From: a virus
Lineage: Duplodnaviria; Caudoviricetes
Direction: 5' to 3' (one strand)
Length of the DNA: 64,000 bases
IMG/VR virus record: IMGVR_UViG_3300028533_000217
Coordinates: 1 to 64,000 of that record
This document shows, piece after piece, positions 29,525 through 40,106 of the stretch. Numbering within the stretch: position 1 is the stretch's first letter; every line of letters starts with the position of its first letter. The translations under genes were made by a program, and so were the position numbers. Below the pieces are notes generated by a model, which saw only the letters and a list, made by a program, of their open reading frames with translations, was not told the DNA's origin and made no database searches.

Positions 29525-31922
29525 ATGAAAAAAGAAGATTTTAAATTTAATGAGAATATATCAGTTATGGAATTAAAAGATAAGGCTGCTGATGCTATAA
29601 GTATCTATGCACCTAATAAAAATGTTTATAGACATATACCTTTTATGAATGATGGTTTGCTTCCATCTGAGCGTCGTGTGTTATATGCAATGTATAAGGA
29701 TGTTAAAGCGTTTCCTTGGCAGAATTATAAGAAGTTAGGATTGACAATAGGTAGTACGATAGTGTATCATCCACACGGTGAAACAAACGTGTATCAGACA
29801 GCTGTTAAACTAGCTCAGCCATGGAAAAATGCTTGTGTGTTTATAGATGGTTCGGGTTCTTATGGTAATGAAGTTGGTGATGGTGCAGCCGCTTGGAGGT
29901 ATCTTTGAGGCGAGATTATCTAAGTTTGCATATAAATGTTATTTTGAAGATTTTAGTGAAGATTTAGTAGATATGAAAGCAGGATATATAGAAGGTATAT
30001 TTGAACCAGAATATCTACCAGCAAGATATCCAGTAGCATTAACTAAATCTATAAAAGCTATAGGATATGGAATGTATTCTCAATTCCCTAACTATAACTT
30101 TAAAGAGTTGGTTGAATTCACATTAAAATTAATGGATAATCCAGATTATGATAAAGTTATATATCCAGATATTCCAAATAATTGTGAGATAATAGATGAC
30201 GGACAATTTGATGAAATAAGAAGAACTGGTAAGGGTAACTTTAGAATGAAGTCTAAAGTAAATATAGATTATGAACAAAACAAAATAGAAGTATTATCAG
30301 TACCACAAGGAACTGATTTAGCATCTATAACTGAAAAGATAGTTGAAATGGGTAAATCAGGAGAATTGATAGGGTTTGTGGATGTTCATAATATGAACGA
30401 TAAACGAAATAATAAAGGTAAGAAAAAGAATAAAGAAGGTAAATTAAGTATAGAAGTATTATTTAAACCAGGAACTGATTTAAATAAGAACCTAGATTTA
30501 TTATATAAGAAAACTACAATGGTAATGACAGCAAGTTATGATTTAACATTAGTTGATGATTATAAGTTAAGACATTATACAGTAAGAACATTATTATTAG
30601 ATTGGATATCATTTAGAAGAGATATTAAAAGAAGACAGATAAATAAAAAGATAACTAAGAAGATGGAAAGAAAACATATATTAGAAGTCTTATTATTTAT
30701 AACAAATGCTAAGAATGGTCAAACTACAATTAAGTTAGCAACTCAATCTGAAGATGCAGTTGAATTCCAAAGTAAATTAGTATCTACATTTGGTATATCA
30801 ACATTACAAGCTAAGAATATAGCTAAGATGAGTGTAACAGCATTTAATAAAGAATCTCATAGAAAATATCAAATAGAATTAGATGAGATAAACAAAGATT
30901 TAGATGAATTATTAGTAATAACAAAATCATCTAAACTTATAGACAATATAATCAAAGATGAATTAAAAGAAGGTATAGAATTATTTAGTAAACCAAGAAG
31001 TAGTGATATAGTGACATTTGGTGATAGCAAGTTTATACCTGATTCAGATCATAAAATAGTAATAACTAAAAATGGTAGAATAAAGAAATTAGATGCAAAT
31101 GTAAATGGAATAGGTCAATTAGAAGATGGTGATAAAGGTAAAGATTTATTCCCAGTAAACAATAGAGGAAGTATAATGGTGTTTGATAAGAGAGGTAACA
31201 TGAGTAATATAGATGTAAATGATATAAGTTCAACTCCAATAGATAGTGGAGGGGTTGATATATCAACAATGGTTACAGTGGCAGGAAATATAGTTGCATC
31301 ATTTCCTAAACCACCTGAAACTATAAAAGATGAAGAGGTATTCTTAGTATTAACAACTAAGAAAGGATTAAGTAAAAAATTAAGTTATAAGAATTTCCAA
31401 AAGATAAGAGGAACGGTTACAGCTATTAAATTAGCAGAAGACGATGAATTAGTTTCTGTAGATGTATTGTTCGGAAACAAAGATATTATAATTTATACAA
31501 AAGAAGGTGGAGCTATACGTATAAGTGTGGATGATATAAGAGAATGTGGTAGAGCCGCATATGGTATAGCTACAATAGATTTAGCAGGAGATGATGAAGT
31601 TGCAGGAACTGCTATAATAAATAAAAATCATAAATATATAGTAGTTGCAACTAACAAAGGTAAAATGAAATTATGTAATTTAAATCAATTTAAAACAATG
31701 AAAAGAAAATCACCAACATTACAATTAACAAGATTGGAAAAGAACGAAATTGTTGTATGTGTTAAGTCAGTTAAAATGACAAATAAGATAATGGTTTATA
31801 CACAATTCTCAGAATATGAATTTAAAGTAAAAGAAATACCAGAATTAACTAGAAACCATCCTTGTAAGAAAATGGTTCCTCTAAAGAATAAAGATGTTGT
31901 AATGGAAGTTGTTGTAGAATAG
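29525..31922 (+). CDS. gyrA: Type II topoisomerase subunit A (gyrase A-like), ~798 aa, requires a +1 frameshift at 29903..29908
   Basis: DGLLPSERR, YHPHGE, AAWRY|LEARL catalytic region split across frames; C-terminal beta-pinwheel repeats; AAGGAGG RBS before ATG 29525. Confidence 0.88.
29895..29909 (+). other. Candidate programmed +1 ribosomal frameshift cassette (prfB type)
   Basis: GGAGG TAT CTT TGA G: internal SD, 3-nt spacer, CUU-UGA shift site. Confidence 0.7.
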
Positions 31923-32002
31923 ATACTGTAAGGTATCTATTCTTTTTTTGTATTGATTAAAACAACCTAATAAGATACTTTAATTGTGATAGAGGTGATA
32001 AA

Positions 32003-32390
32003 ATGATTATTGATAGATTGTATGATGTATACCCTAGTACAATTTTAGAAGGATTTAAAAAGAATCGTGACTATCAAAAAGAAGATATGGTGAGACAAGA
32101 TTTTTTTCAGATACTTAAAACAACAATATCCTGATTTTGATAAAACCGAATTTACTAAAGCAAAGACAAAAGAAGAGGCGAAAGCAGTTGCTGATAAATA
32201 TCAAGATGATTTTAAAAGGTTTGTTAAGAAACAACCTAAAAGGTTCATACCGTTAGCTGTACATTTTGGTATTGTTGCTGCTAATATTGTTGGAGTTATT
32301 CCTGATAATGTTGCGTCTAAGTTATATAAAATATTATTAGTTGATGATGTTATCTATTATGGAAAAGAATTAAAGAAAGGGTTGAAGTAA
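32003..32390 (+). pseudogene. Frameshifted paralog of 32394..32846 (extra T in T7 tract 32101..32107)
   Basis: Removing one T gives ..RQDFFRYLKQQYPDFDKTEFTKAKTKEEAKAVADKYQDDF.., aligning with RVSFLNYLEYKY..KAAETDKEKLEVIKKYAKDY. Confidence 0.7.
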
Positions 32391-32393
32391 AAA

Positions 32394-32846
32394 ATGGATA
32401 GATATAACGAATATTTAGAAGAACGATTAAAAGGTATGTGTCAAGTAATAGAAGAATCTCAAAGTCCTGTTATGGAGGGATTAAGAAAGAAAAAAAGTGA
32501 CCACGAAAAAATGTGTAGGGTTTCTTTTTTAAATTACCTAGAATACAAATATGATGATAAGAATGTTAAATATGAAATAAAAGCAGCTGAAACAGATAAA
32601 GAAAAATTAGAAGTTATTAAAAAATATGCTAAAGACTATGAAGATTGGAAAAAGAGAAATAGAAATTTAAGTCTTTCATGGATAGGAGCCTTAATAGCTC
32701 AATTATCAGTAGCTGCTGCACCTATGACAATGCTTGCAGTTAGTATATTATTATATGGTAATGTTATACGTATATTATTAAAAGATGAGCAAGATAGAGC
32801 GGATATAGGTACAGCTAAGTATAAAGAGGAGAAAAAGAAAAAATAG
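32394..32846 (+). CDS. Hypothetical protein with C-terminal hydrophobic segments
   Basis: 150-aa ORF. Confidence 0.75.
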   Translation: MDRYNEYLEERLKGMCQVIEESQSPVMEGLRKKKSDHEKMCRVSFLNYLEYKYDDKNVKYEIKAAETDKEKLEVIKKYAKDYEDWKKRNRNLSLSWIGALIAQLSVAAAPMTMLAVSILLYGNVIRILLKDEQDRADIGTAKYKEEKKKK

Positions 32847-32858
32847 GAGGTTATTAAA

Positions 32859-33533
32859 ATGGATTTATTCTTAACTAGTGTTTCAAGCGGTGTATCATCT
32901 ATAGATTTTTTAAAAGAAAATGTCAACGAAAGAACTAAGTTAGTCGTAATGCCTTTAGCACATCATTTTGATTACATTTCTTGTGCTGAAGATGTGTATA
33001 AACATTACGGTAGATATTCTAATAACGACTCAATATATTGGAGAACAGTTAGACCGTTTTTAGATATAGGTATAAATCCAGATAGAATAATAGTGATAAA
33101 TGTGTATGCCGACCCAATAAAGCTAATAAGACAAAAGTTATTAGCAGAAAATACAGTCGTATATTTCCCGGGAGGATTTCCTGAGAATATAGTTGCAACA
33201 TTAAAGAAATTTAAATTAGTTGACGTGGTTAAAAGATGTAAAGTTGTTGTTGGAGAATCTGCAGGAGCTATGTTCTGGGGTAAACATTTCTTTGTTTATA
33301 AAGATCCTGATTATCCAGAATATAAATGTTATAAAGGAGTGAAATTATATAACAACTTTACAATCATACCACATCTGAATAAAGAAAATAGAATAGAAGT
33401 TGTAAAAGCAACAAGGAAGTTTAAAAGAAAACATAGAGAAAAGGTTTTCTTAATTAAAGATGGTGGTTGGGTATGGTATAATACGGATAAAAAGAAAATC
33501 ATAAAAACTAAAGATTGTTATATTTATGATTAG
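32859..33533 (+). CDS. Peptidase S51 (dipeptidase E / class I glutamine amidotransferase-like)
   Basis: YFPGG, GESAGA nucleophile elbow, IIPH. Confidence 0.8.
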   Translation: MDLFLTSVSSGVSSIDFLKENVNERTKLVVMPLAHHFDYISCAEDVYKHYGRYSNNDSIYWRTVRPFLDIGINPDRIIVINVYADPIKLIRQKLLAENTVVYFPGGFPENIVATLKKFKLVDVVKRCKVVVGESAGAMFWGKHFFVYKDPDYPEYKCYKGVKLYNNFTIIPHLNKENRIEVVKATRKFKRKHREKVFLIKDGGWVWYNTDKKKIIKTKDCYIYD

Positions 33534-33615
33534 GTGTATATTACACCTAATCATTTTATATGATCCAAAACAATTCACTAAGTATAATGTGATTTTTTAA
33601 TAAAGGAGTGGTAAT

Positions 33616-34809
33616 ATGGAAGATAATAGTAAATCAACGTTATTATTTGATAGCCTATATCCTAAGATAGAAAAATCTCTTTCCTCATCTAGTAATTTAG
33701 TTAAATTAAGAGAATTCTATGGAGAAGTTATCGGTAGAAATAACGAAGCTTTATCAGATTCAATACCTTGTAAAGCTATTTATGTTGATAGACGATTAGA
33801 AGAAAAATATTATAATGCCATAGGATTAGATCCTAAAGAAATAATGACTTTAGTAAAGGCATCTGGACATATAGGAGATAACTGGCATACAGTACAGAAC
33901 CCTATGTATATATCTTTAATATTATTAGTTATATACTTCAATAATAAAGGTAAAAGAGATATGGTAGACCAAACGATGTTAATATGTTCTATCTATATGT
34001 ACAGAAATATACGTTCTAAGTACTTCTCTAAAGTAAGTGAGAATACTATAAACTGTATGAAGTTTACAATGGGTAGATTATCGTATAAAAACGACCTTAA
34101 AAAATATGGTTCAATAATAAAAACAATCGGAAAGAAAAGCGGTTCGTATTTAAATAACTGGTTAGTTGAACATAAAAAAGAAATAACTGGTAGAGTTACG
34201 GATAAAACTATATGTGACATGGTAAATAGAAATCATAGAGATTATGCTAAAATGATGAATAATTTTTATGCTGAATTTAGAAAAGACTTAGAAGCTGAGA
34301 ATTATTTAAACGTTGACCAAGATATAAATACAGATGACCAATATATAGAATCAGATAATGTTTCTTTTATGGTTGAAAAAGCTACACAAAAAGTAATGAG
34401 TAAATTTAATTTATCAGTAGGACCTGATACTAAAATAATGCAACAAGTAGTGGCTAGAGAACCTGGTTGTTCTATTAATAATCTAAGAAATATGTTACAT
34501 TTTATATATAACGGTCATGATGCAACATTTAATAGAATAGTTGGAATAATTATACATGTTTATTTATTTGAATATAAACGAAAAGTTGAAGATATAAAAA
34601 CAATGGACTTTGAAGTTGAAATGAGAAAGTACTACAAAGGTCAAAAAATAGATGATAAAAACTTAAATGAAATGAAAATGCATATAGATAAAGTAATGGA
34701 AGGTTCAGGATTAAATAAAAAAATAACAAGAGATGCTACAAAAAATGATTGTAAAAGAGCTTTCTTTTTATATGTAGTAATATATATCAGATATTGTATA
34801 TTAGGATAG
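33616..34809 (+). CDS. Hypothetical jumbo-phage protein
   Basis: 397-aa ORF; AACA-N6-TA at ~33569. Confidence 0.75.
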   Translation: MEDNSKSTLLFDSLYPKIEKSLSSSSNLVKLREFYGEVIGRNNEALSDSIPCKAIYVDRRLEEKYYNAIGLDPKEIMTLVKASGHIGDNWHTVQNPMYISLILLVIYFNNKGKRDMVDQTMLICSIYMYRNIRSKYFSKVSENTINCMKFTMGRLSYKNDLKKYGSIIKTIGKKSGSYLNNWLVEHKKEITGRVTDKTICDMVNRNHRDYAKMMNNFYAEFRKDLEAENYLNVDQDINTDDQYIESDNVSFMVEKATQKVMSKFNLSVGPDTKIMQQVVAREPGCSINNLRNMLHFIYNGHDATFNRIVGIIIHVYLFEYKRKVEDIKTMDFEVEMRKYYKGQKIDDKNLNEMKMHIDKVMEGSGLNKKITRDATKNDCKRAFFLYVVIYIRYCILG

Positions 34810-34822
34810 GAGGTATAATACT

Positions 34823-35575
34823 ATGAGTGGTGTAGAAACTAAAAAATGTATAAAATGTGGGAGAGTGTTACCTGCGACAGAAGCTTATTTTAAGTACACC
34901 AATAAAAATAAAAATAACTTTAGATCTTGGTGTAGAGATTGTGATAAAGAATATCAAAAAGCTTATAGAGAAAAAAATAGAGAGAAGAATAAAGAATATT
35001 ATAAGAAATATTATCAAGAAAATAAAGAAGAACTGCTTGAAAAAGGTAAAAAATATGTAGACGAGCATAGAGAACAATATTTAGATTATCATAGACAGTA
35101 TTATAAAGAAAACAAAGAAAGACTGGATAAAGATGCTAGAATATATAGAGAACAACATAGAGAAGAAATTGCTGAATATCATAAGAAATACCGAAAAGAA
35201 CATAGAGATGAAAAAAGAACATATTTCTTTAACCGTGCAGCTAGAGATAGATATACTAATGATGAAATAGAATTCAATAATATAACAATGGAAGAATTTC
35301 TAAACATTTATAGTTTTTTTGATAATAAATGTGCTTACAGTGGTGTTGAATTAAACGAATCAAATAGATCTATAGATCATATAATACCTTTAGAATTAGG
35401 AGGGACTAATGATTTGTGGAATTTAGTACCTTGTACAAGAGCTTATAATGCATCTAAATGTAATAAAACCTTGGAAGAATGGTATCCTAACGCTTTTTGT
35501 TATTCAGAAGAAAGACTTAATAAGATATATGAATGGATAAATCTAAATAAAGAGGGTGGGCATTATGATGAATAG
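34823..35575 (+). CDS. HNH endonuclease (free-standing, upstream of the intron-containing RNAP gene)
   Basis: CAYSG..IDHIIPL..GG.N..NLVPC..N.SK; N-terminal CxxC..CxxC; charged repeat linker. Confidence 0.85.
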   Translation: MSGVETKKCIKCGRVLPATEAYFKYTNKNKNNFRSWCRDCDKEYQKAYREKNREKNKEYYKKYYQENKEELLEKGKKYVDEHREQYLDYHRQYYKENKERLDKDARIYREQHREEIAEYHKKYRKEHRDEKRTYFFNRAARDRYTNDEIEFNNITMEEFLNIYSFFDNKCAYSGVELNESNRSIDHIIPLELGGTNDLWNLVPCTRAYNASKCNKTLEEWYPNAFCYSEERLNKIYEWINLNKEGGHYDE

Positions 35576-36592
35576 TAAAAAAAGAAAAGAGATGGAAAAT
35601 CTAATTTATGGGTTCTTTGATGCATTCGATCCAACTGGTAGGAATACGGAGTATTATAGAAACAAATTTAAAAGTATGAGCGACGCACAATTTGATAATT
35701 ATTTTAAACAATTATTTGCTCAAGATGATCCATATTTAACAGCAACTATGGTTGATTATGAGAATCCTATATTGATTGAAAATATTGAAAAAGCTGCGGA
35801 CTTTTTACAAGTTCCCCTTTTTGAAAGAGTCGTGTTACCATATGCCAGTTCGGATCCTAACAACCCAATAATCACAAAACATGAATGTTTAGTGGGGTAT
35901 TTAAATATAAAGCGTTAATTGAAGGCGTTTTTAAAACCTCTTTAATTGCTGGGAAGCCTAAGTCCTTTAAGGATATGGTAATCAGCAGCCAAGACTTCTT
36001 TTAGAAGTAAGGTTCAACGACTATCGAAAGGGTATCTATAGAGAAATACTATAGAGAGTAACCGAGTAGAGTACACTCAAGCGAGTGGAAACGGGAGGGT
36101 TCCTATATTTGGTAATAGAGTATAGGAATATGATATAGTCTAAACTTCTATAGAAATATAGAGCAGTTATAATAAGCGGTATAGTTGTAGCGAAACTGTA
36201 CGAATATAAATTTGCTTCAGCAAATGAACTTTAAAAAACTTGGGCTTTCTACAGATATTACCGATAGAAACATGATAACTGGTCAGGTTGTAGGTCATGA
36301 TAAAAACTCAAGAAACTCAGATGCAGAAACCACTTCGTTATTAACAGTTGGTGCGAATAAGTCTCTTAAAGAGTTTATGTCTATGAGAGCTGACGATATG
36401 GTTATGAAGAAAGAAATGACGCAAAAAATAATAAGAGATGGTTATGTGGCTATGGATGATTTAACTGATAAACTATCTAATAAAACAACATTAAACTCAG
36501 CAGCTGTATTCTTTATAGGAATGGGTTTAATGACTGACTTAGTAATGAATGATTATTTCTTACCAAAAGCAAACATACTGGACGAAGATTAA
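35565..36592 (+). CDS. RNA polymerase beta-subunit C-terminal fragment (probably virion RNAP); spliced join(35565..35915,36215..36592), 242 aa
   Basis: Spliced LVGYLNIKR|LQQMNFKK..RNMITGQV.G.DKNSRNSDAE aligns with beta VG.MY.LKL.H..K..T.QP.GG..RFGEME. Confidence 0.75.
35916..36214 (+). mobile_element. Group I intron (299 nt, no internal ORF)
   Basis: P1 AAAGCGU/GCGUUUU with U-G at the 5' splice site; AAUUGCUGGGAA, AUCAGCAG, UCAACGACUA, AUAUAGUC core; terminal G; P10 UGAAG/CUUCA; splicing restores frame. Confidence 0.92.
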
Positions 36593-36627
36593 TGTAATTT
36601 ACAATATTTCAATCCCATATTATAAAA

Positions 36628-37293
36628 GTGAAATACTATTATAATATGAAAGGAATTGATATTATGAAACAAAATTTAAATAATTATATAGAGGAAATAA
36701 TAACAAGATATAAAAACTTTGATGGAGCACATGATGAAGAACATGCAAAAACAGTTATAAGTAATTCAGAATATATAGCAAATTGTATGATCCAAGAAGA
36801 AAATATAGAAATAAATATGGATATGGTTAGAATAATAGCAGCAATGCATGATTTAGGATTAGCGTATGACAGAAAAACACATCATATAAAATCAGGAGAA
36901 ATAGTTAGAAAAGAAGAAACTTTAAAAGAGTTCTTTAATGATGAACAGATAGAAATCATAGCAAAATCAGTTGAAGAACATAGAGCAAGTTATAAAGGAG
37001 AATATACAAGCATATATAGTATGATAGTATCAGATGCTGATAGAATAAATGATATATACACAATGATAAATAGAAGTTATAAATACAATAAGAAACATAA
37101 TCCTGAATTTAGTGAAGAAGAATTATATCATGCTGTAACAGATCATTTAAGAGACAAATATGGTAGTGAAGGTTATGCAAGATTTAATACAAAGTATGCT
37201 GATGAACAATTAAAACTAACAAGAGAAATACTTATAAATGAAGAAGAATATGATAAAATATATTCTGAATTATTCGGAATGCAATGGAAATAA
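36628..37293 (+). CDS. HD-domain phosphohydrolase
   Basis: AHDEEH, AAMHDLG, HHIKS, EHRAS, SDADR; likely ATG at 36663. Confidence 0.85.
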   Translation: MKYYYNMKGIDIMKQNLNNYIEEIITRYKNFDGAHDEEHAKTVISNSEYIANCMIQEENIEINMDMVRIIAAMHDLGLAYDRKTHHIKSGEIVRKEETLKEFFNDEQIEIIAKSVEEHRASYKGEYTSIYSMIVSDADRINDIYTMINRSYKYNKKHNPEFSEEELYHAVTDHLRDKYGSEGYARFNTKYADEQLKLTREILINEEEYDKIYSELFGMQWK

Positions 37294-37357
37294 GATACCT
37301 AAGGGTATCTTATTTTTTATATTCATTATAACAAATATTTAGAAAATAGAAAGGGGA

Positions 37358-37828
37358 TTGATAAAAATGAAAAGAATGATGATTACAGGATTAATCCTTA
37401 CATTAATTTTAAGTTGTATAGGGCTATCAGGTTGTAAAAAAATTGAAGAAATTGATAATAACAATAATACACAAACTGAAGAACCTCAGATAAATGTATA
37501 TGTTTTAGAAAAAGAATATAATGCAATATTAGGTCTTGCCGAAAACGTATATATGATGTTGTCAGAAAATGAAAATGAGATGACACCAATGCAAGCTATC
37601 GAAATGATAGAATATATACAAAAGAATAGAATAAAACCAACACAAGAATTAACAATCGCATTAGATGACTCATTAGATGATTTATTAGAATTATTTATAA
37701 AATATTATATGGCTTCAGAAAGCGAAAAACCCGTTGTTGAAGCTGAAATAATAGAACTTTTAGAGTATATGAATGATTTAAGTTTAGAAATAGAAAGAAT
37801 TATAGACGAATATAAAACGATTATATAA
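37358..37828 (+). CDS. Lipoprotein
   Basis: Signal peptide with LSGC lipobox. Confidence 0.75.
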   Translation: MIKMKRMMITGLILTLILSCIGLSGCKKIEEIDNNNNTQTEEPQINVYVLEKEYNAILGLAENVYMMLSENENEMTPMQAIEMIEYIQKNRIKPTQELTIALDDSLDDLLELFIKYYMASESEKPVVEAEIIELLEYMNDLSLEIERIIDEYKTII

Positions 37829-37918
37829 AGTTTTATAAATATGTTAACAAAATAGTAACATAAAAATATAATTTATGTATCGGTTAAATAAAAAATATAT
37901 TTTAAAGGAGAGGTCTAT

Positions 37919-38506
37919 ATGAATAAAAAAATAAAAAGTTTATTAGTAGCTGGGTTATTAGTAGTTGGAATGAGTGGAAATGTTTTTGCTGCAGAAAGCG
38001 ATTTACCTTCAATTTCTACATCTACAATAACACAACCAAAATTTGAAGATGGTAAAAGAGTTGTAGAACTTCAAGGTGGTCTTATAATAGTTGAAATGAC
38101 GGAAAAAGAAAATGGTGAATATGATATAGTTGTAAAATGGGATGGTGAAAGTATAAAAGTATTAGGAGTAAAATCATATTATGAAAACGGTTCTATAGAC
38201 CATACAAATTATTTTGAAGAATTATACCATTGTAATACATTAGAGGAAGAAGGTGAGTTCTTTAAAGGTACGGTTTTAGGAGGAGGAAATGGAGTCTCTG
38301 GACCTTTAGGAAAATTAGTTAAAGTTGAGGTAACATTTGAAAATCTTACAAAAGGTAATGAACCGGTAGTTCCACCAGAAGAACCAGAACCAGAAGAGGG
38401 AATAGACGATCCGGAAACAGGAGATGCAGGGATGATGGTCGGAATAGCAACCGCAACATTAGCAAGTTTAGGATTAGTTGTTGTAAATAAAAAGAAAGAT
38501 GAATAA
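37919..38506 (+). CDS. Cell-wall-anchored surface protein (sortase substrate)
   Basis: Sec signal (..NVFA|AE), Pro/Glu linker, DPETGD sorting motif, hydrophobic helix, KKKDE tail. Confidence 0.8.
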   Translation: MNKKIKSLLVAGLLVVGMSGNVFAAESDLPSISTSTITQPKFEDGKRVVELQGGLIIVEMTEKENGEYDIVVKWDGESIKVLGVKSYYENGSIDHTNYFEELYHCNTLEEEGEFFKGTVLGGGNGVSGPLGKLVKVEVTFENLTKGNEPVVPPEEPEPEEGIDDPETGDAGMMVGIATATLASLGLVVVNKKKDE

Positions 38507-38554
38507 GTAAAATAGAGTAGAGATTTTCTCTACTCTATTTTAATTTTAAGGAGG

Positions 38555-39232
38555 TTGAGATATATGCGATTTAAAAGTATAATAAATATGATGTTGATTT
38601 CTATTTTATCTATAAGTGTTTGGGAAATAGGTCAGAAACAATGGGATTATTACAAAGCTAGAGAGACTTACAAACTAGCACAAGAAGAAAAACAACAAAT
38701 GGATGATGCGACAACGTATTTAAAAGAAAATGGATATGACTGGATAACTGTAGAAGGTACATCTATAAACTATCCAATCATGACGTATACAGACAATAGC
38801 TATTATATAAGTCACGACTATAAAGGGAATAAAAGTAACAGTGGTGCTATTTTTTATTGTTCTAGTGATAAACCGTTTAATGGTAGATATACTATGATAT
38901 ATGGACATAGTATGAAAAATGGAACAATGTTTAATAACCTACATTTCTTTCAAAAAGATAAGCAACGATTTAAAGATTCTATATTAACTATAGAAACAGT
39001 GGAAGGTGTTCGTAGATACAAACCATTTGCTTATTATGTAACTAATAACAATTTTTTCTATAAGAAAATAGATGAAATGAAAACAATTGATGCAATAACG
39101 TTGATAAAACAGAATAGTGATTATTTTATTAATGGAGTCGAATACGATGAAAATAGTCATATAGTTGGTTTATATACATGTGATTACAGTATTAATAACG
39201 GTAGGTTGATAGTGTTTTATATATCGGAATAA
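38555..39232 (+). CDS. srtB: Class B sortase
   Basis: N-terminal TM; WI.V.GT.INYPI, Y..HDY.G..SGAIF, IYGHSMKNGTMF, LYTCDY..GRL catalytic His/Cys/Arg. Confidence 0.88.
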   Translation: MRYMRFKSIINMMLISILSISVWEIGQKQWDYYKARETYKLAQEEKQQMDDATTYLKENGYDWITVEGTSINYPIMTYTDNSYYISHDYKGNKSNSGAIFYCSSDKPFNGRYTMIYGHSMKNGTMFNNLHFFQKDKQRFKDSILTIETVEGVRRYKPFAYYVTNNNFFYKKIDEMKTIDAITLIKQNSDYFINGVEYDENSHIVGLYTCDYSINNGRLIVFYISE

Positions 39233-39339
39233 TTTTTTATAATGCGATATACAATTATTTATGAAAGAAGTTCTATTTGGTTTAATATGCATACATGTGT
39301 TAGAAATATGAGGTTAGTATAAAATAGAGGTGATTAAAT

Positions 39340-39528
39340 ATGAAAGACATTATTAATTTAATTTGCGATGTTATCATATTATGCGTTTTATTAACTACAG
39401 GAATGATTGTTATACATGAAGTATTTATGAAAAGTTTATTATGTATTGCAGCCTGCATAGCAATTTTTATTAAAATAAAAGAATTATATTTGACAATAAA
39501 GAAAAATCATGATAAAACTAAAGAATAA
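39340..39528 (+). CDS. Small membrane protein
   Basis: Two hydrophobic helices; GAGG RBS. Confidence 0.65.
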   Translation: MKDIINLICDVIILCVLLTTGMIVIHEVFMKSLLCIAACIAIFIKIKELYLTIKKNHDKTKE

Positions 39529-39638
39529 GTTATGGTGATTTATTTCACCATAACTTATATTTCTACCGTAAAAGATAATATTTCAATACTATATTATATA
39601 ATTGAAATATAATAAATATTATTTGGGGGTTTGATACC

Positions 39639-40052
39639 ATGAAAGAAAATTTAAATGGTTATAGAAAACAATTTAAAGGAAATGGTAGCGATGAACCTAC
39701 AGATAAACAAAAGAATATAATTAAAAAATTAAAAGCATTTTATGGAGATGACGTAATTCCTGATTGTAATACAAAAGGAGCAGCGTGGAGATGTATTAAC
39801 AAATATCAAGAAGTTGTAAAATTCGACAGAACTAAAAATGAATTTTATATTGAAGATGTTTCAGTAACTAATAAAACATCTTACAGATTAATAACAGAGG
39901 ATGAATATATATGTGCAAAATTAATTAAAGAAGTTAAAAAATTAATGACAGAAAAAAATATAGAAGAATTTGAAGAAACTTTGAGTTATATAGGAGATTA
40001 TAGTATAATAAAAGACGTATGTGAATGTATATTAAAACAACAAAATCAGTAG
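39639..40052 (+). CDS. Hypothetical early protein
   Basis: After early promoter at ~39568; PTDKQK motif. Confidence 0.7.
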   Translation: MKENLNGYRKQFKGNGSDEPTDKQKNIIKKLKAFYGDDVIPDCNTKGAAWRCINKYQEVVKFDRTKNEFYIEDVSVTNKTSYRLITEDEYICAKLIKEVKKLMTEKNIEEFEETLSYIGDYSIIKDVCECILKQQNQ

Positions 40053-40106
40053 AAGCTTTTGAAACTGATTGAGTGATGTAAAAATAATATATATATATAT
40101 AAATAA

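Noticed and set aside
29847-29908. gyrA as two separately translated genes, or split by an intron/intein
   Set aside because: The halves join with a single extra base right after the catalytic RY; there is no intervening sequence and no RBS for ATG 29847.
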